Shown here: positions 37,433 through 51,634 of the stretch, piece by piece
How the letters are laid out: each line of letters opens with the position of its first letter
Position numbering within the stretch: the stretch's first letter is position 1
Source of the DNA: Macrostomum lignano
Lineage: Eukaryota
Assembly: GCA_002269645.1 (NCBI GenBank)
Contig: NIVC01001537.1
Span: 1-64,000 of the forward strand
Direction of reading: 5' to 3'
DNA: 64,000 nt
Program-made: the position numbers and the translations under genes
Notes under the pieces: generated by a model
Database searches by the model: none
What the model was told of the DNA's origin: nothing
What the model saw: only the letters and a program-made list of their open reading frames with translations

Positions 37433-38112
37433 ATGGACAAGTACGTTGTGGTCCCCGAAGGAGGAATTCAATCAGCTTAGGCAGGGTACTCCGCGAGAAA
37501 TTACGCCAAAGTCGGAGTACGAAAAACTTGTAGAGTACAATGCCCAGCTACAGACCCAATTGGCTAAAGTAAAACCCCAAAAGACGACAAAGCAGCTATT
37601 TTCTGATAGGCAACAACGTATATGGAATATACCTTAAGGTACTAACAGAAAAGCACCCCAGCCTAAATTACAACCAATCGTGGGAAGTCGTTTTTGATGG
37701 TGAAACTTGGGGCGGTAGCAACGTTTTTGATCTTCTACAAGCCGTCACCACCAACACTAATAATCACCCAAAATATTCAACCGCTTTCTGGGCTCTAGTA
37801 GACAAGGCCCGTATACCAATGTCTATGCTCGGTCGGAAACAGCTCCCTGTGGAGGAAAAGAAGGTTGATCATTTGGTTGGTACCGACGATTCCCGCGATG
37901 AATATGAGCACACAATTGCGACAGACACCCGCGATTTAGCGACCACGCGCAACAGAGGTGTAAATGATATGCCCAAACTTGTCGATCAAGGTACCGGGAT
38001 GGGTAAATATCACGATTACCAACTAAGACCACCCGAGAAAAAGAAAAAAATACATGACTCTGATGTAACCGCCCTTGTCGCCTGTCCGCTCCGTAGAGAG
38101 ACGAACGCATGA
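37433..38112 (+). pseudogene. Conserved Polinton ORF (frameshifted) upstream of the integrase
   Basis: MDKYVVVP..., then WEVVFDGETWGGSNVFDLLQAV...FWALVDKARIPMSML; two frameshifts; its stop overlaps the integrase ATG. Confidence 0.6.
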
Positions 38113-41000
38113 CTAGAGGGGGCAATGACCGTAGGCTGCCTATGACCGGGCAATGACCTGACGGACCTCCAGCACCAGACTGTCCCGCCCACATGATTGA
38201 TAGCTTTGGTAGCGCTTTGTGACCAGAGGGCCAAGGACCCACATGGACCCCACCTGTAGCCAAGGTGCAATAGTTGGTCACTCGGTCATAGTATGACCGA
38301 GTGGCTGCCACCATTCTATGTGACCTGGCGCACCTGGATCTTTCTACCACATCTCTCGAGGCTAGAGACCCGCCTGGGATGGTTACCAGGAGATTTAGGC
38401 TAACAGGGGAGACACATGCAGCCGAGTACAGGGACTCTGCTTGGGGCATGATCGGGAACTCTGGGCTCAATCTGGAGGATTTCTCAGCAGGGGATCCTTT
38501 GTGGCTGTGAGCGAGGCTGACTTGCGACTTTGATTACTAAGAGTAGTATGAGGCGAACATGTACTGTCTATAGTTTAGATTGCTCAGGGTGAAGGGACGC
38601 GTCAGCATGGGGTTGCAACCTTCCTACTGCCATTCTGTGCCAAGACTCGCTAATCCCTCTACTGCACGCACACACGGCCCCGCAGCACGCACTCACAGGC
38701 GAGCTTTGCACGGGGAGAGGCCATTAGCTTACCCAAACTTCCTTATGCTTAGCCACCCCGGGAGAAAGGCTTAGCAAGCCATGAGTGAAAGGATGGTGAA
38801 AGAGTGAGTAATGATGAGGTTAGTCAATAGTTAATAATTAGGCCCTTAGCAAATAGTCAGGCAATTAGGCGGCTTCACTATTGAGTAGAATACAGCAAAA
38901 GTTACGGTATCACAATTGGCTCAGCTCTCTAATTAAGCAATGGCAAATAGGCAAACCCCGGATAAGCAAGGCGATTAGAGCACAAATTAGTAATAGGAAC
39001 TTACCGGCAGCTGCACAGAGAGAGAGAGAGAGGCAGAGTGACCGAGGGCGGCTGTAGGCTGCAGTCAGGCAGACAGTGAAGCGGCGATGCGCTGAAGCGA
39101 CGAGGCGCTGATGTAGATCAGGCGAAGCTGATGATGCTGGGCGGTATCAGACCGCTGGCCGATAGGCGAGCTCACTTGGGGAGCTGAAGATAACTTGGCG
39201 GTAACAGACCGCGGACCGGCAGAGGTTCGTCCTATAGACGAATAGGTCAGAGCTACGTCTGACAGCAAGTCCAAAGAAAGGCGAGGAGCCCGAAGGTCGA
39301 ACCGGGTCGGAACCGGGCGTCCCAAGGTCGAGCCGGGTCGGAACCGGGTGTCCCAAGGTTGAGGATTCTCATGCCGAAAACCGCTTCCTTATATAGCCTT
39401 CCCAGCCGCCGCTCCAAGGTCGTTTCCATGACTCCCTCTCTCTGATTGGCTGCCGGCAGAATGACGTCAGAATGAGTCATGATGAGAAGCATGAGACCGG
39501 CATAGCAACATGAGAAATGGGAGAATTGCGCAATCCAGAGGTGGGGTGGGGGGATAATTGGCGCAGCGGGAGGTCGCGGGAGTGTTGCGCAAGCAAACAT
39601 TGAGAACAATGGGGCTGGGGTCGAGAACAAAGGAATTGGAAATCGGGGATAATTGGGAAGAATCGAGAACAATAGAAAAGCAAACATTGGGGAAAAGGTG
39701 ATAATTAGGTGCGAAAACGAGAACAATAGAGAGAGAAAATCGGAGAAAATGTGATAATTGGTGGGGGTAAAGAGAACAAAAGAATCAAAAACGAGAACAA
39801 TAGAAGCGGAGGTGGGGTGGGGGTCGCATGAGAAATTTGGGGAGGAGAACAATGGCGTGAGAAAAGGTTGCCCAAGAGAGGGGGATGAGTCATCGATGAG
39901 TCATCGAGGGGAAGAAGGGGTCACACGACTTGCGTCCCCGTTTGGGAGTTTGAGAAGGGATGGTGAGACGGTGAGCGCACAAAATACTGTAAGTAGACGC
40001 AGAGAAAGGGAGGACAGAGCAGGAAAATAGGGCGAAAAGGGGCAAAAAAAGGGGGGAGACAGGAAGAGTGCATACAGAATAGGGAGGCGCGCAGGGGAGA
40101 TAAAGTAGAAGGGGGGGTACAAAGAGGGAGGGGGAGCTCCGGAAGGGCAAGTGTGGCGGCAGGGGAGACGGAGCCAGGCAGCAGGGGGGTTGCAGCAGAG
40201 CGGGAGTCTCCAGGCCTGGTCGAAGACCTGGCCGAGTCTCAACAGCTCTGTGCAGGGGGTGCACGGCTATAGGAGGCACTTTCGAAAAAGTTCCCCTGCC
40301 CTATCCCGCGACCAGAGCGTGGTTACATCAACTCTATAAATAGAACCCTAGTCCATACATAACCGCGCCCGGTGGTCATGGGTGCAGCAGCCGCCGTGTC
40401 AAAGCTTTGTGTAGACAACTCCCCAGCCGACATTACGTGCAACTATTCATGCTGCGCATCCACACTTGTTGCCAATGAGGGCTCTAACTGCTCTTCGTCG
40501 AGTTTACGAACAAGGAGCCGTCGCTTTTCAAATGCTGCCCGTGTCTATCAGGAGGCCAAACGTCTGGCCCCAAACCTGACAAGACGCCAAACCAGGGAAT
40601 GGCTAGAAACCCAACCGAGTTACACCCGTCATCGGAGAGTCAACAGGACATTTAAAACGGGAAAAGTAATGTCGGGAGGACTCATGGAAACTCTACAAGC
40701 CGATTTGATGGACATGTCGCGATACAAACGTTGGAATGACGGTCATAAATATATACTAGTTGTTATTGATGTGCTTAGTAAGCAGGCTTTTTGTAGGGCA
40801 ATTGAACTAAAGAGTGATACCCCCGCAGCGTTTGAGTCGATGTTGGCGAATGATTTTCCTGCCCGCCCCCTTTACCTTCACGTGGATCGGGGTACCGAGT
40901 TTTATAATCAGCGAATGCGTCGCACACTAAAAGACAATAATGTTAAAATGTACAGCACCAACTTTGTGTACAAGGCAAACCGATGTAGAGATCTCCAGAT
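38109..41000 (+). pseudogene. Polinton-type retroviral-like (RVE) integrase, split after codon 2 and 3'-truncated
   Basis: ATG ACT at 38109-38114 joins GCT CTT CGT at 40490 to give MTALRRVYEQ. Then REWLETQPSYTRH, LQADLMDM, YILVVIDVLSK, LHVDRGTEFYN, STNFVYKA; the catalytic E region is missing. Confidence 0.85.
38115..40486. mobile_element. Unclassified 2.37-kb insertion with an apparent ACT duplication
   Basis: act at 38112-38114 and 40487-40489. Contains a GA-rich block (about 39520-40260) and short 31-bp direct repeats (about 39295-39357); no recognisable ORF. Confidence 0.6.
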
Positions 41001-41576
41001 AAGATACAAAGTAGACTACTATAAGTAGCAACATGAAGATGCGAAAAACTCGAATGTTACAAAAATTGCAAATTGTCATACTCTATTTTTAGAAGACCAC
41101 GAAAACAACAAGTGACCATCTTTTGCAACATTTAAATTTAGAACTCCAAATATGGTACCGGCGCTCAAAGCTAATGTATTCCATAGGGGTCAAATTTCCA
41201 AAGCGCAAAACTGTCACCTACTAAAAATAATCTGTTTTTCAAGAAGTTTTCCTATAAATACAAGCCAAAATCCGAGCTAAAAATCTCAGACTCGGAGCAG
41301 CCTCCAAAGATCTTGGGCTTTGCAAGAGCAGCCAACGAGGCTATATCTCTGAGGAAGAGATAAACACCAATTGGTAAGCTTTGTTCAAGTCTTCGTTATT
41401 TTTATTATCTAGAGCGATTGTTATTGCCAGCCGTTACTGATCAGTTGATTTTATTGAGTCTATTGAGTTTGAGGCCTCCCTTTTCCTAAGGGATTGGATA
41501 GGATCTGCGGACAGATGCCGATAATCTTAGAGGATTATCGAGTGATTGATTTTTGGATTATCCTAGATTAACCGAT

Positions 41577-41945
41577 TATTTATTTTCTTTTATTAGAGGC
41601 AGGGGGGTTGTGTGCACCCTGGCGAACTTTAGGCGACATAGGCACACAACCGGCGAGAGGCATTACTGCCCATTCCGCCGACTCCCCTGAGCAGGCATAC
41701 AAGCGCGCGGATACGTTACGCAGGCACACACTCACACAGGAGTGTACAGCGGCCCTAACTTTATATTATCGTAAGGCATGTACACTTCACTGCGCCTTGG
41801 GGGGTGGCTCTCAAGGCCGTTAATTGCACAAGCGAGCCAAGCCGAAATTCCAATTCAGCCCCAAATTAATGTGGCTGCACTTGGAATCGAGCCTGGGTCG
41901 CTGGCACACCAGAGCAGCTGCGCTACCGCTGGACTACGGCCCCCT
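41577..41945 (-). mobile_element. tRNA-derived SINE (about 370 bp) with 13-bp TSD
   Basis: Head 41944-41872 ggggccgtagtccagcggtagcgc...ggctcgattccaagtgcagcca (A box TAGTCCAGCGG, B box GGCTCGATTCC); A-rich tail; tagattaaccgat at 41564-41576 and 41946-41958. Confidence 0.9.
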
Positions 41946-42639
41946 TAGATTAACCGATAGGAGCACACGACTTCGATTCCGTTAGTTCTAGAAGAAGACG
42001 CCCTTTCTGGAGGACCTCGTATTGAAGATGATTTTGTTTTTAGGGCGCATCGTTGATATTGATTTCGGCACTCGAGAAAATACTGCGACGTCGATTTAAT
42101 TGTTACGCTCTCACTTTCGGCCGATTCTAGACTTCAAGAAGACCACCCCGGGAGGAACAGCTCTAAGGAGACGAGCTCTACAGGCACGCGCGACAAAGAA
42201 GAGGAGCCCGCAACAGTAAGTGATCACTGATTTTGTTCCCAGGCTTAAGTGTCTGGAAGTGGGAGTTTTCGGGTGACTGATCACCGCCCGACCAAACTCT
42301 TCATCAGAGCTCAAAAACATCTGATTGGCCTCAAAATTTAGTCGCAGTTGCAATTTTGACTTTTTCGCTGTGCACCACAAATGCACAAATTTTGGTCTAA
42401 TGGTTCCTTCCAAGTTAAAAGTCCGAATTCAACTGCTCAATTTCTCAAATTCAATGCTCTCCCCATACACCGCTTTGGCCATAGACAATCTTCGGGTTGA
42501 ATGGGTTCAATAAATATGGTTGGACGCATGGTAGACAACCCCCATTGTCAGTTTTGGAAAACTTTATCAGAATATGTTTCTAGCAGTAGATACGTCTGAA
42601 CTGTTTTTTCCTACAAAGTATAATAAAAGTACACAGCGC

Positions 42640-44065
42640 ACCTCTATGCTCTTATCAGGAACTTTTACAGTCGCCGTTCTCGCCGCCGATTCGAATGTGC
42701 AGACGGCGCTGTTGCCAGCCGAGCAGTTGAACTCTTTGCCACTGGGCGAGCGAAGCTCCAGGCGCAGCTTGCCGGGCAAGAAGGACTCGCCGGGGAAAAA
42801 CAGCCAGAAGACCAGATCATGACGAACCGACGCGTCTATTCGGAACTGCAACGGACGATGAAAGTCAAGCGAAACCGTCTGCGAAGCCAGCTGCGGAATC
42901 AGAAAAAAAGCAAACAGCACCCTTTACATTCGTAAGATAACATCTAGATTCCGGCATTAGGAGATGACCATTTTTTGCATTAGGGCGACAAAGTACTGAA
43001 ATAATGGATACAATTTTTCAATTGGAAGACAACGGTGCAACTTTGCACCTGTTCACTATCCCCAGTCCCAAGTGCCAACAATCTCAAAGAGACACACGCC
43101 CAAGGTTCTCAGACTCAACCAATGAAGAAACAAACACGAACGTACAGCGACGGTCTCATTAGCCCAAGCCGTGTCAGACGAGGTCGCTAGCAAAGACAGT
43201 GTCAAATCCAAAGCCGCCAGTCCACTAGTGGTTACCGGACCAAAGAACTGCTGGCCGCCAGTGACTTCAGAAAGACGCGACATCCGCATGTCCGCCTGAT
43301 CACCGAAGCGAATGGTGTCAACCTTGAGGCTCGTCTTCGATAGAGCGTTGATTGCAGAGTCCAGTGCACCGCTGCAGATTTCCTCACCGTCTGAGAACAG
43401 AACTATCTGACCAACTGAGTTACGAGTCGGACTCTTTGGGTCCTCGCCTAGCACCTGGATGTTTGTTGGTGTGCGGGGCGATTCACGAATCATGATCCAA
43501 GCCGAAAGATTATTTAAATTTAGCCGCTTACCGCCATCGCCAGTAGAGCAGCGGCACCAATGCATGTATCACCACTTGGTCTCAAACTCATAACGGACTT
43601 CACCAACCGCTCTCGAATCACGGCCGAGTCAACTTTCACTAAATTATGCAAAACGTTGGCCTTGATGTCAAAAAAGATCAAGGCGCACTCGGAACCAGTC
43701 TCGAGCTGGAACCTCAAGTAGTGAATCACTGTGGCGATCATGTTGTAAAACCGGCTCTCCTAAAAAAGATAAGCAGCACGCAGAAATGTTTTAAAATAAA
43801 CGAAATGAGAACAGTAAGTAGGGCTGAGAGTGGTGTACATGTACGTGTACGAGCTTGTAGGATGAATCAAAACGAAAAAAGGGATACATTCTGCTTACAT
43901 GTCCCATGCTTCCAGACATATCCATGGCAATCACGACTCGTTGCTTGTCAGGTTCGACCACCAGTCGAAAGTTGATCTTCGACTTAGTCGAAACGGCAGA
44001 GCTGATTTGTTGAAAATCTCTGTGCTCTCGAATGACTTCTGCCGCGCTGCGTCCCCCGCAATACC
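42640..44065 (-). pseudogene. CLCA-like copy 3 (inverted, diverged fragment: end of exon 3 to exon 6)
   Basis: RSAAEVIREHRDF...VVIAMDMSGSM, ETGSECALIFF...DTCIG, GQIVLFSDGEE...DTIRFGD, LRSPSGKEFNCS, with the same intron positions as copy 1. Cut at a poly-C tract near 44070. An intron-2-like sequence recurs at about 46040-46200. Confidence 0.85.
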
Positions 44066-46339
44066 TGCCCCCCCCCCACTCCTGTCAGATGGTCAGCCCC
44101 ATGGTAGCTTGATCGTGTGGCGAGCAGTCTAGGTCCTATAGCTAAGAGAGGGACAGCGAGAGACAAGCAGGGAGAATTTTGAAGGTAGAGATCAGCTAAT
44201 CCGCAGATTAACTAACCCGCTGCCACCAGCCCGTGCGTCCTGGCTGACCAAACCGGAACTTTCGAAATCGGGCTTCCGACTATAGAGGGGGCTTAGCACT
44301 TACCTGCCAACTAGTGTCTTTCTGCTGTCAATCTCGAAGTCATAGCCGATGATAAGGGACACTGCTGGGACTAGATCGCATTGGCCATGCAGGTACAGAG
44401 GGGACTTGTGCAGTGGATTCTTGCAGTGGCGAGACTATGGGGTAGCTACATGTACTATTACATTGCTAAATACGAGGAATTGCACTTTTGGACTTCAACG
44501 CACCGACCAGCCTCTCGTAGCGCTGATGATAGGCTAACTCGAACTTCAGAGGCCGCATGATTCATTACCCGAGCCGCTTGGCGAACCTAGAGTGCACAGA
44601 GTACATCTCTAGCGCCGATTTTGCACTATTGGCAATTTTGCTCACTGATTTGATAGATTGATCGACTGAGAACTGTCTTGCCATTGGTCCACTGTGACCG
44701 GCGCCTACTAGCTTAGCCACTCATCTGAGCCATCGGCGAACAAAAAAATAAAACAAATAAAAATAACTGTCAGATTTAACCTTCTCACTGATTCACTTAA
44801 CACCTCAGATTGAATTGGTGTTTCAGACTACTAATTCAATATTATTGAATGATTTCTGCCTCGATTACAGCACTGCTGAACAAAATGAGCAAAAGTGTGC
44901 GCCTAATCCAGCTACTGAAACAGGGGACAGATAAGGGATCACCCAATCAAGCAAGTCTAGGTAGGCTCTCACCAAACCAATCAGAAACTCAACAGTCGGA
45001 GACCAGGTAATCCGCAGTGACCGAATCGGCTTAGTGCTTTGCAGCTGTAGACTCGGGATGATGCTGATGTCACAATCTTCGCAGATAGCTAGCATGTGAT
45101 GCTCTTCACTTTGATGTTCACTGCTGATGACCGGGGGAATTCGTCCTTGATGATGATGGGGGGAGTTGCAATCCGCGGATCAAGAAACGACGGTCAGGCC
45201 AGAGAGAGAGCAAGTTCCTGGCCGGTCTCCAGAAAGGGTTTGCAGGGGTTGAACCGGTTGAAGCCCGAGCGGGCCAAAAACACCGGTTTAAATAGCCGCC
45301 AACTGGACCGCAGTTTGTTATAATGGAACACCTCGACGCTGATTGGCTGAGCCGATTTGTTATAACTGACGTCGAATTTTCTGATTGGCTGAGCTTTTTG
45401 CCACCCAAACTCACGTGACCAGATGATCCTATTAGTTCCCTCGGGGCCATAAAAATACGCCAGGTGCAGTCATAACTCACTCAAAATCGCTACATAATGA
45501 TTTATGACCATTCGCGTAGGAGTTACAAAAATCAATGAAAAAATATGCATTGGAAAGATCTTATTAAGTAGTAGGTGAAGATGGTGAAGAGAAATCGCTA
45601 ATCGCTAATCCCAAATCTGGCACCAGCCTCAACACTGAGCGAGGCGCAGGTGGCTGTCAGACCAGCTCAAAAGCAATGATTTATGACCCCAAAAGTAGCA
45701 AAAGCTGCGCCTATGTTATTATAACTACAAGTACGGCAAAATCATATAGCTACAAAAATCCTACTAGTATGAATTCTAGAAAAACTACACAAAAAGGCGA
45801 AAAATGCCCATAGCCGGCTGTCAGTAGGCTAGCAAGTTTAGAGCCCGTGTGCGAGCGTGAGATTTGGAAAAAAGTGCGTCCTCATCACTATCTTTTAAAC
45901 TTCAGTACGCTGCCTCGTTTACCATTAGCAGTGGATTAAATTTTCCCGAGCAAGGCTACTTTTTCTAACGAATTACAATTCTCCTATTGATTACTGTTAG
46001 CGAGGTCATCCCAGCTTAGGTCACTGCCAATCACAGATACTAAATACCCTAGATGGTTCACTCAGCCCTATCTGGATGTATCAATTTGACTGGCTACTCT
46101 CTGTTCAGTAGTATAAGCGCATTTATTTTTATTTTTGACTCGACATGAAAATATTTGGAGAAAATGATGATTAGCTGCTGGCTCATATCACATGCAAGCA
46201 ATTTTTCCCCTTTAACTCTTTTATCTTGGAATGTGGATAGCATTTCAAGTTCATATCTTATTCATCCATCGACACGCTGTTGGAGTTCAGCTGTAATTTT
46301 AGAGTCGATTAGGTACGATTGGTAAAAGCACCTTGAGAA

Positions 46340-46895
46340 TGGAGAACTGGGCCTTGAGGACAGACCTTGCAGTGTGCGTCCACCTGAACTCGATGACGAT
46401 ATGCCCTGGAAGCGCTCCTCGCTGAGAACAATCAGCAGCCAACTGGACGACCGTCGCCGATCATCTCTGCCAGATGGAGATGAAAGCTAAACTCAGGTGC
46501 TGGGTGCCTCACAAGCTGGCAGCCCATGACCTGGATAGTCGCATGGAAGTTGCCCATTCTCTCTGCTGCTGGCGCTTGGTTGGAAGGTTCTTCTCCACCC
46601 ACCTTACAGCCCAGATATTGCGCCTACCGATTACCACCTTTTTGCTGCGCTCAGAAAGTTCATGGCTGATCACAGCTTCAAGGATGAGGAGGACTTGGAG
46701 AAGCATTTGCATGACTTCTTCGGCTCCCACAGCTCCGAGTGGCACCGCAAGGGCATCCGTTCTCTGCATGCACGTTGGCAGGAGGTTATTGCCTCTGATG
46801 GAAATTACATTGAATGCTAAAAAAAAAAATAATAATGATAGTTCGAAGTGAAGTGACTTAAAATTCCGATAACTTTTCCTACAATCAGATAATAA
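46340..46895 (+). mobile_element. Internally deleted mariner fragment
   Basis: WVPHKL motif joined to VLLHPPYSPDIAPTDYHLF...RWQEVIASDGNYIE*. A mariner-like right TIR ends ...ttttcctacaatcagataata; no clear left TIR. Confidence 0.85.
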
Positions 46896-47689
46896 CTAAA
46901 TTTTTAATGAAAAAAGTATAAGTTGAACTTCAAATTGTTATATTGTTTATTAATGGAACTCGAATTCAGCTCAGGGACTGATTCAGCTTGACTTTGCAGT
47001 GTCATGTGGCAACGACCCTGTGACTGGGCTTCAGTCTGACTTCTGTCGCTGAGCAAAGTTGCTGTTGTGTTGTGGTCTATTCGAATCTGTATGTGAGTAA
47101 ATCATGGAGCGCACATCGTAGCGAAATATCCGAAGTTACCCGACGCTCTGGGACTGAACTGAAGCCAATATAATGGGAGCCAAATATATAACCACGAAGC
47201 GACTTCGATAGTGGCTGAGAGTCCATTGAAAGCTTCCCAACCCTCATTATTCGAGTCGTAAATTTTGGGCATCGTAAAACTGCTAGGGGATTTCTTATCC
47301 CATAGCTCACAATTTAGCCTCATCTTCCTGCTCCCTCAATGATGAAGCTCACTGAGGAAGACAGGGTCGTAAAACCTGGCGGAAGATGCTCAAAGAAGGC
47401 ACTCAGATCCCCGCGGCTTCTGCCCGATTTCCTTTTATCCTCTCGTTCTCTGACCTGTTTCCTCATTTCGCTGCAAGCCTCTGCTGTCTATTTTTCTCCC
47501 TGTTTTGTTTATTCTCTGAATTATGATCGATGACTCACACGAAGATTGGAAATGCATTTGGGTAGCTTATAGCCGAAGGCTTAAAGTTGTAAAAACGAGT
47601 TTGTCAAATTTCGCTAAGCTGATGAGCGTCTGCCTTTAAGCCATAGATAGCGAGGGTATCTTTCCATCCTGCTTTGCCTCTTTTCTCTC

Positions 47690-48425
47690 CCTTTCTTTCT
47701 CCCCCACTCCCCTTCTCCCCTCTCTCTCCTTCCACGTCTCTCCTTCCACGTCTCTCCTTCCACCTCTCTCCTTCTCCTCCTCTCTCCTTCTCCTCTCTCT
47801 CCTTCTCCTCCTCTCTCCTTCTCCTCCTCTCTCCTTCTCCTCCTCTCTCCTTCTCCTCTCTCCTTCTCCTCCTTCTCCTCCTCTCTCCTTCTCCTCCTCT
47901 CTCCTTCTCCTCCTCTCTCCTTCTCCTCTCTCTCCTTCTCCTCCTCTCTCCTTCTCCTCCTCTCTCCTTCTCCTCCTCTCTCCTTCTCCTCCTTCTCCTC
48001 CTCTCTCCTTCTCCTCCTCTCTCCTTCTCCTCCTTCTCCTCCTCTCTCCTTCTCCTCCTCTCTCCTTCTCCTCTCTCCTTCTCCTCCTTCTCCTCCTCTC
48101 TCCTTCTCCTCTCTCCTTCTCCTCCTTCTCCTCCTCTCTCCTTCTCCTCTCTCTCCTTCTCCTCCTCTCTCCTTCTCCTCCTCTCTCCTTCTCCTCCTCT
48201 CTCCTTCTCCTCCTCTCTCCTTCTCCTCTCTCCTTCTCCTCCTTCTCCTCCTCTCTCCTTCTCCTCCTCTCTCCTTCTCCTCCTCTCTCCTTCTCCTCCT
48301 CTCTCCTTCTCCCCCTTTCCTTCTCACCCTCTCATCTTCTTCCTCTCTTCTTCTTCACCTCTCCTCCCCCTCTCTCCTTCTTAACCTCTCCTCACCCTAT
48401 CTCCCTCTCGCCATCTCTCCTTCTT
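47690..48425. repeat. Compound CT-rich microsatellite (ctcctt/ctc/tct)
   Basis: Pure pyrimidine tract of about 730 bp. Confidence 0.97.
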
Positions 48426-48959
48426 CACCTTTACTAAACACGGCAAATATACGACCCCTAACCGGCCCCAGCTCAATTCTGAGAAAACCGAGTTTAGCGT
48501 CCGTCTGCTTCAGTTTTTCAACGGTTTATCTGCATTAAAATTATTTTCATACAAATTTGGAGGTGCCACATAAAATACTGCGAACTGCAACTTACCAATG
48601 GGAATAATAAAACGAAGAATATTATACTTTGATAAAATATTTATGACCGTAGGATTACGAGTTCGTCAGCAGTTCCAAGATAATTCTCCTGTCGAGTTCG
48701 GAGCGCGGCCGAGATTCGAGACACTGCGGACGCCGGAAGCTAAACTCGATCGATCTATCAGTCTTTCTATCAGTAGTCTCAGAAGTTTTAGCTTCTCCCC
48801 GATCCCGGATAAAGATGCTAATTATTAATACGAGCCAAGTCTGCAGTTGAAAACTGCAATTTGCACAATGCGACCGTGGGGTTGCTTTCACAAACAGGAA
48901 ACTCCTCTCTCTTTCTCTCTATCAGTAGTCTGATATCTAGTAGTACTCGATCTACTCTA

Positions 48960-50175
48960 GTAGGTGACATTTAGCGGTGGTGAAGTTTCGCGGTTGTGAA
49001 AGTAGGTGACATTTAGCGGTGGTGAAGTTTCGCGGTTGTGAAAGTAGGTGACATTTAGCGGTGGTGAAGTTTCGTGTTTGTGAAAGTAGGTGATATTTAG
49101 CGGTGGTGAAGCTTCGTGTTTGTGAAAGTAGGTGACATTTAGCAGTGGTGAAGCTTCGCGGTTGTGAAAGTAGGTGATATTTAGCGGTGGTGAAGCTTCG
49201 CGGTTGTGAAAGTAGGTGACATTTAGTGGTGGTGAAGCTTCGTGTTTGTGAAAGTAGGTGACATTTAGCAGTGGTGAAGTTTCGCGGTTGTGAAAGTAGG
49301 TGACATTTAGCGGTGGTGAAGTTTCGTGTTTGTGAAAGTAGGTGATATTTAGCGGTGGTGAAGCTTCGCGGTTGTGAAAGTAGGTGATATTTAGCGGTGG
49401 TGAAGTTTCGTGTTTGTGAAAGTAGGTGATATTTAGCAGTGGTGAAGCTTCGCGGTTGTGAAAGTAGGTGACATTTAGCGGTGGTGAAGTTTCACGGTTG
49501 TGAAAGTAGGTGACATTTAGCTGTGGTGAAGTTTCGCGGTTGTGAAAGTAGGTGACATTTAGCGGTGGTGAAGTTTCACGGTTGTGAAAGTAGGTGATAT
49601 TTAGCGGTGGTGAAGTTTCGCGGTTGTGAAAGTAGGTGACATTTAGCTGTGGTGAAGTTTCGCGGTTGTGAAAGTAGGTGACATTTAGCGGTGGTGAAGC
49701 TTTGTGTTTGTGAAAGTAGGTGACATTTAGCGGTGGTGAAGCTTCTTGTTTGTGAAAGTAGGTGACATTTAGCGGTGGTGAAGCTTCTTGTTTGTGAAAG
49801 TAGGTGACATTTAGCGGTGGTGAAGCTTCTTGTTTGTGAAAGTAGGTGACATTTAGCGGTGGTGAAGCTTCTTGTTTGTGAAAGTAGGTAACATTTAGCA
49901 GTGGTGAAGTTTCGCGGTTGTGAAAGTAGGTGACATTTAGCAGTGGTGAAGTTTCGCGGTTGTGAAAGTAGGTGATATTTAGCAGTGGTGAAGTTTCGCG
50001 GTTGTGAAAGTAGGTGACATTTAGCGGTGGTGAAGTTTCGCGTTTGTGAAAGTAGGTGACATTTAGCGGTGGTGAAGTTTCGCGTTTGTGAAAGTAGGTG
50101 ACATTTAGCGGTGGTGAAGTTTCGCGGTTGTGAAAGTAGGTGACATTTAGCGGTGGTGAAGTTTCACGTTTGTGA
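48960..50175. repeat. 42-bp minisatellite, about 29 copies
   Basis: Unit gtaggtgacatttagcggtggtgaagtttcgcggttgtgaaa; period confirmed at 48961 and 49003. Confidence 0.97.
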
Positions 50176-50884
50176 TGTTTCGCGTTTATGAAAGCAACTT
50201 AAATTTCGCGTTTGTGAAACCCACCCCAACCGTGAAGCAAAACGGATCCGTGAGAATAAAGTCACAGAGTTGCAACAGAAAAGGCGGCTTGAAGATTAGC
50301 TTAGCAAGACAGTGGCGTGAGACTCTGCGCTCACTTGCGTGCGAGCTTCAGCACCATGCAGCTGCACCAGTTTCCCGACAACTCAACTGCTGCATGTAGG
50401 GCCCCAGCTTCTCGCGCACAGAACACACCGAAAGTGGCGGCGAGTCTGTGTATGCATGGCATTTATCACGCCTGTGCCCCCTTCCGTATCAATATCCTTC
50501 TGCTACAGTGACTGTTTTTCTTTTTCTCACTCCCTCCCATTTACAGATAAATTTACCAGCAGATGAAGGCAGTGAAATCTGTTCGAGAGTTGCACAACGC
50601 GGGTTTTAAACTGCACAGTATGGATTCTTTTTCACTGCATGTGCTTGCACTGTACTCTGACTGAATTCTAAATGTTTATTAATGCCAATTCTCTTTCAGT
50701 TTCCTGCGGAAAATACCAGCATCTGATATTTAGGTAGTCATGGTTATCACTTATCATGCATTCGTAATAACTACTCTCATTCTGCATTAAAGCTGCAGTC
50801 TACTTAACAAAAAAGTGAAGCTGATGAAGATAGCTGGCTGCGTGTTGGATTTTAGAAATTTATCTATAAAGTCATGAGTCTACT

Positions 50885-51634
<750 letters not shown>

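Larger units (their letters stand above)
36040..41000 (+). mobile_element. Polinton/Maverick (adintovirus-like) remnant
   Basis: Tightly packed intronless ORFs: an unknown 173-aa ORF, a small basic protein with a QVGGFLP tail, a GSNVFDL-motif ORF and an RVE integrase whose ATG overlaps the upstream TGA. No PolB, capsid or ATPase genes seen. Confidence 0.78.

Noticed and set aside
39253-40279. Hydrophobic or Pro-rich ORFs
   Set aside because: Arise from GA-rich low-complexity DNA; no domain.
41872-41944. tRNA gene
   Set aside because: Acceptor and anticodon stems pair poorly, the B box is mutated, and it is attached to a body, A-tail and TSD, so it is a SINE head.
42000-42520. Possible transposase fragment
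   Set aside because: About 100-aa frames without a recognisable catalytic motif.
44070-46040. Missing 5' exons of CLCA copy 3 or a defined element interrupting it
   Set aside because: No CLCA-like frame, TIR or TSD found; only intron-like homology from about 46040.
47614-48384. 236-237-aa E/R/G-rich and S/L/P-rich ORFs
   Set aside because: Translation of a CT microsatellite.
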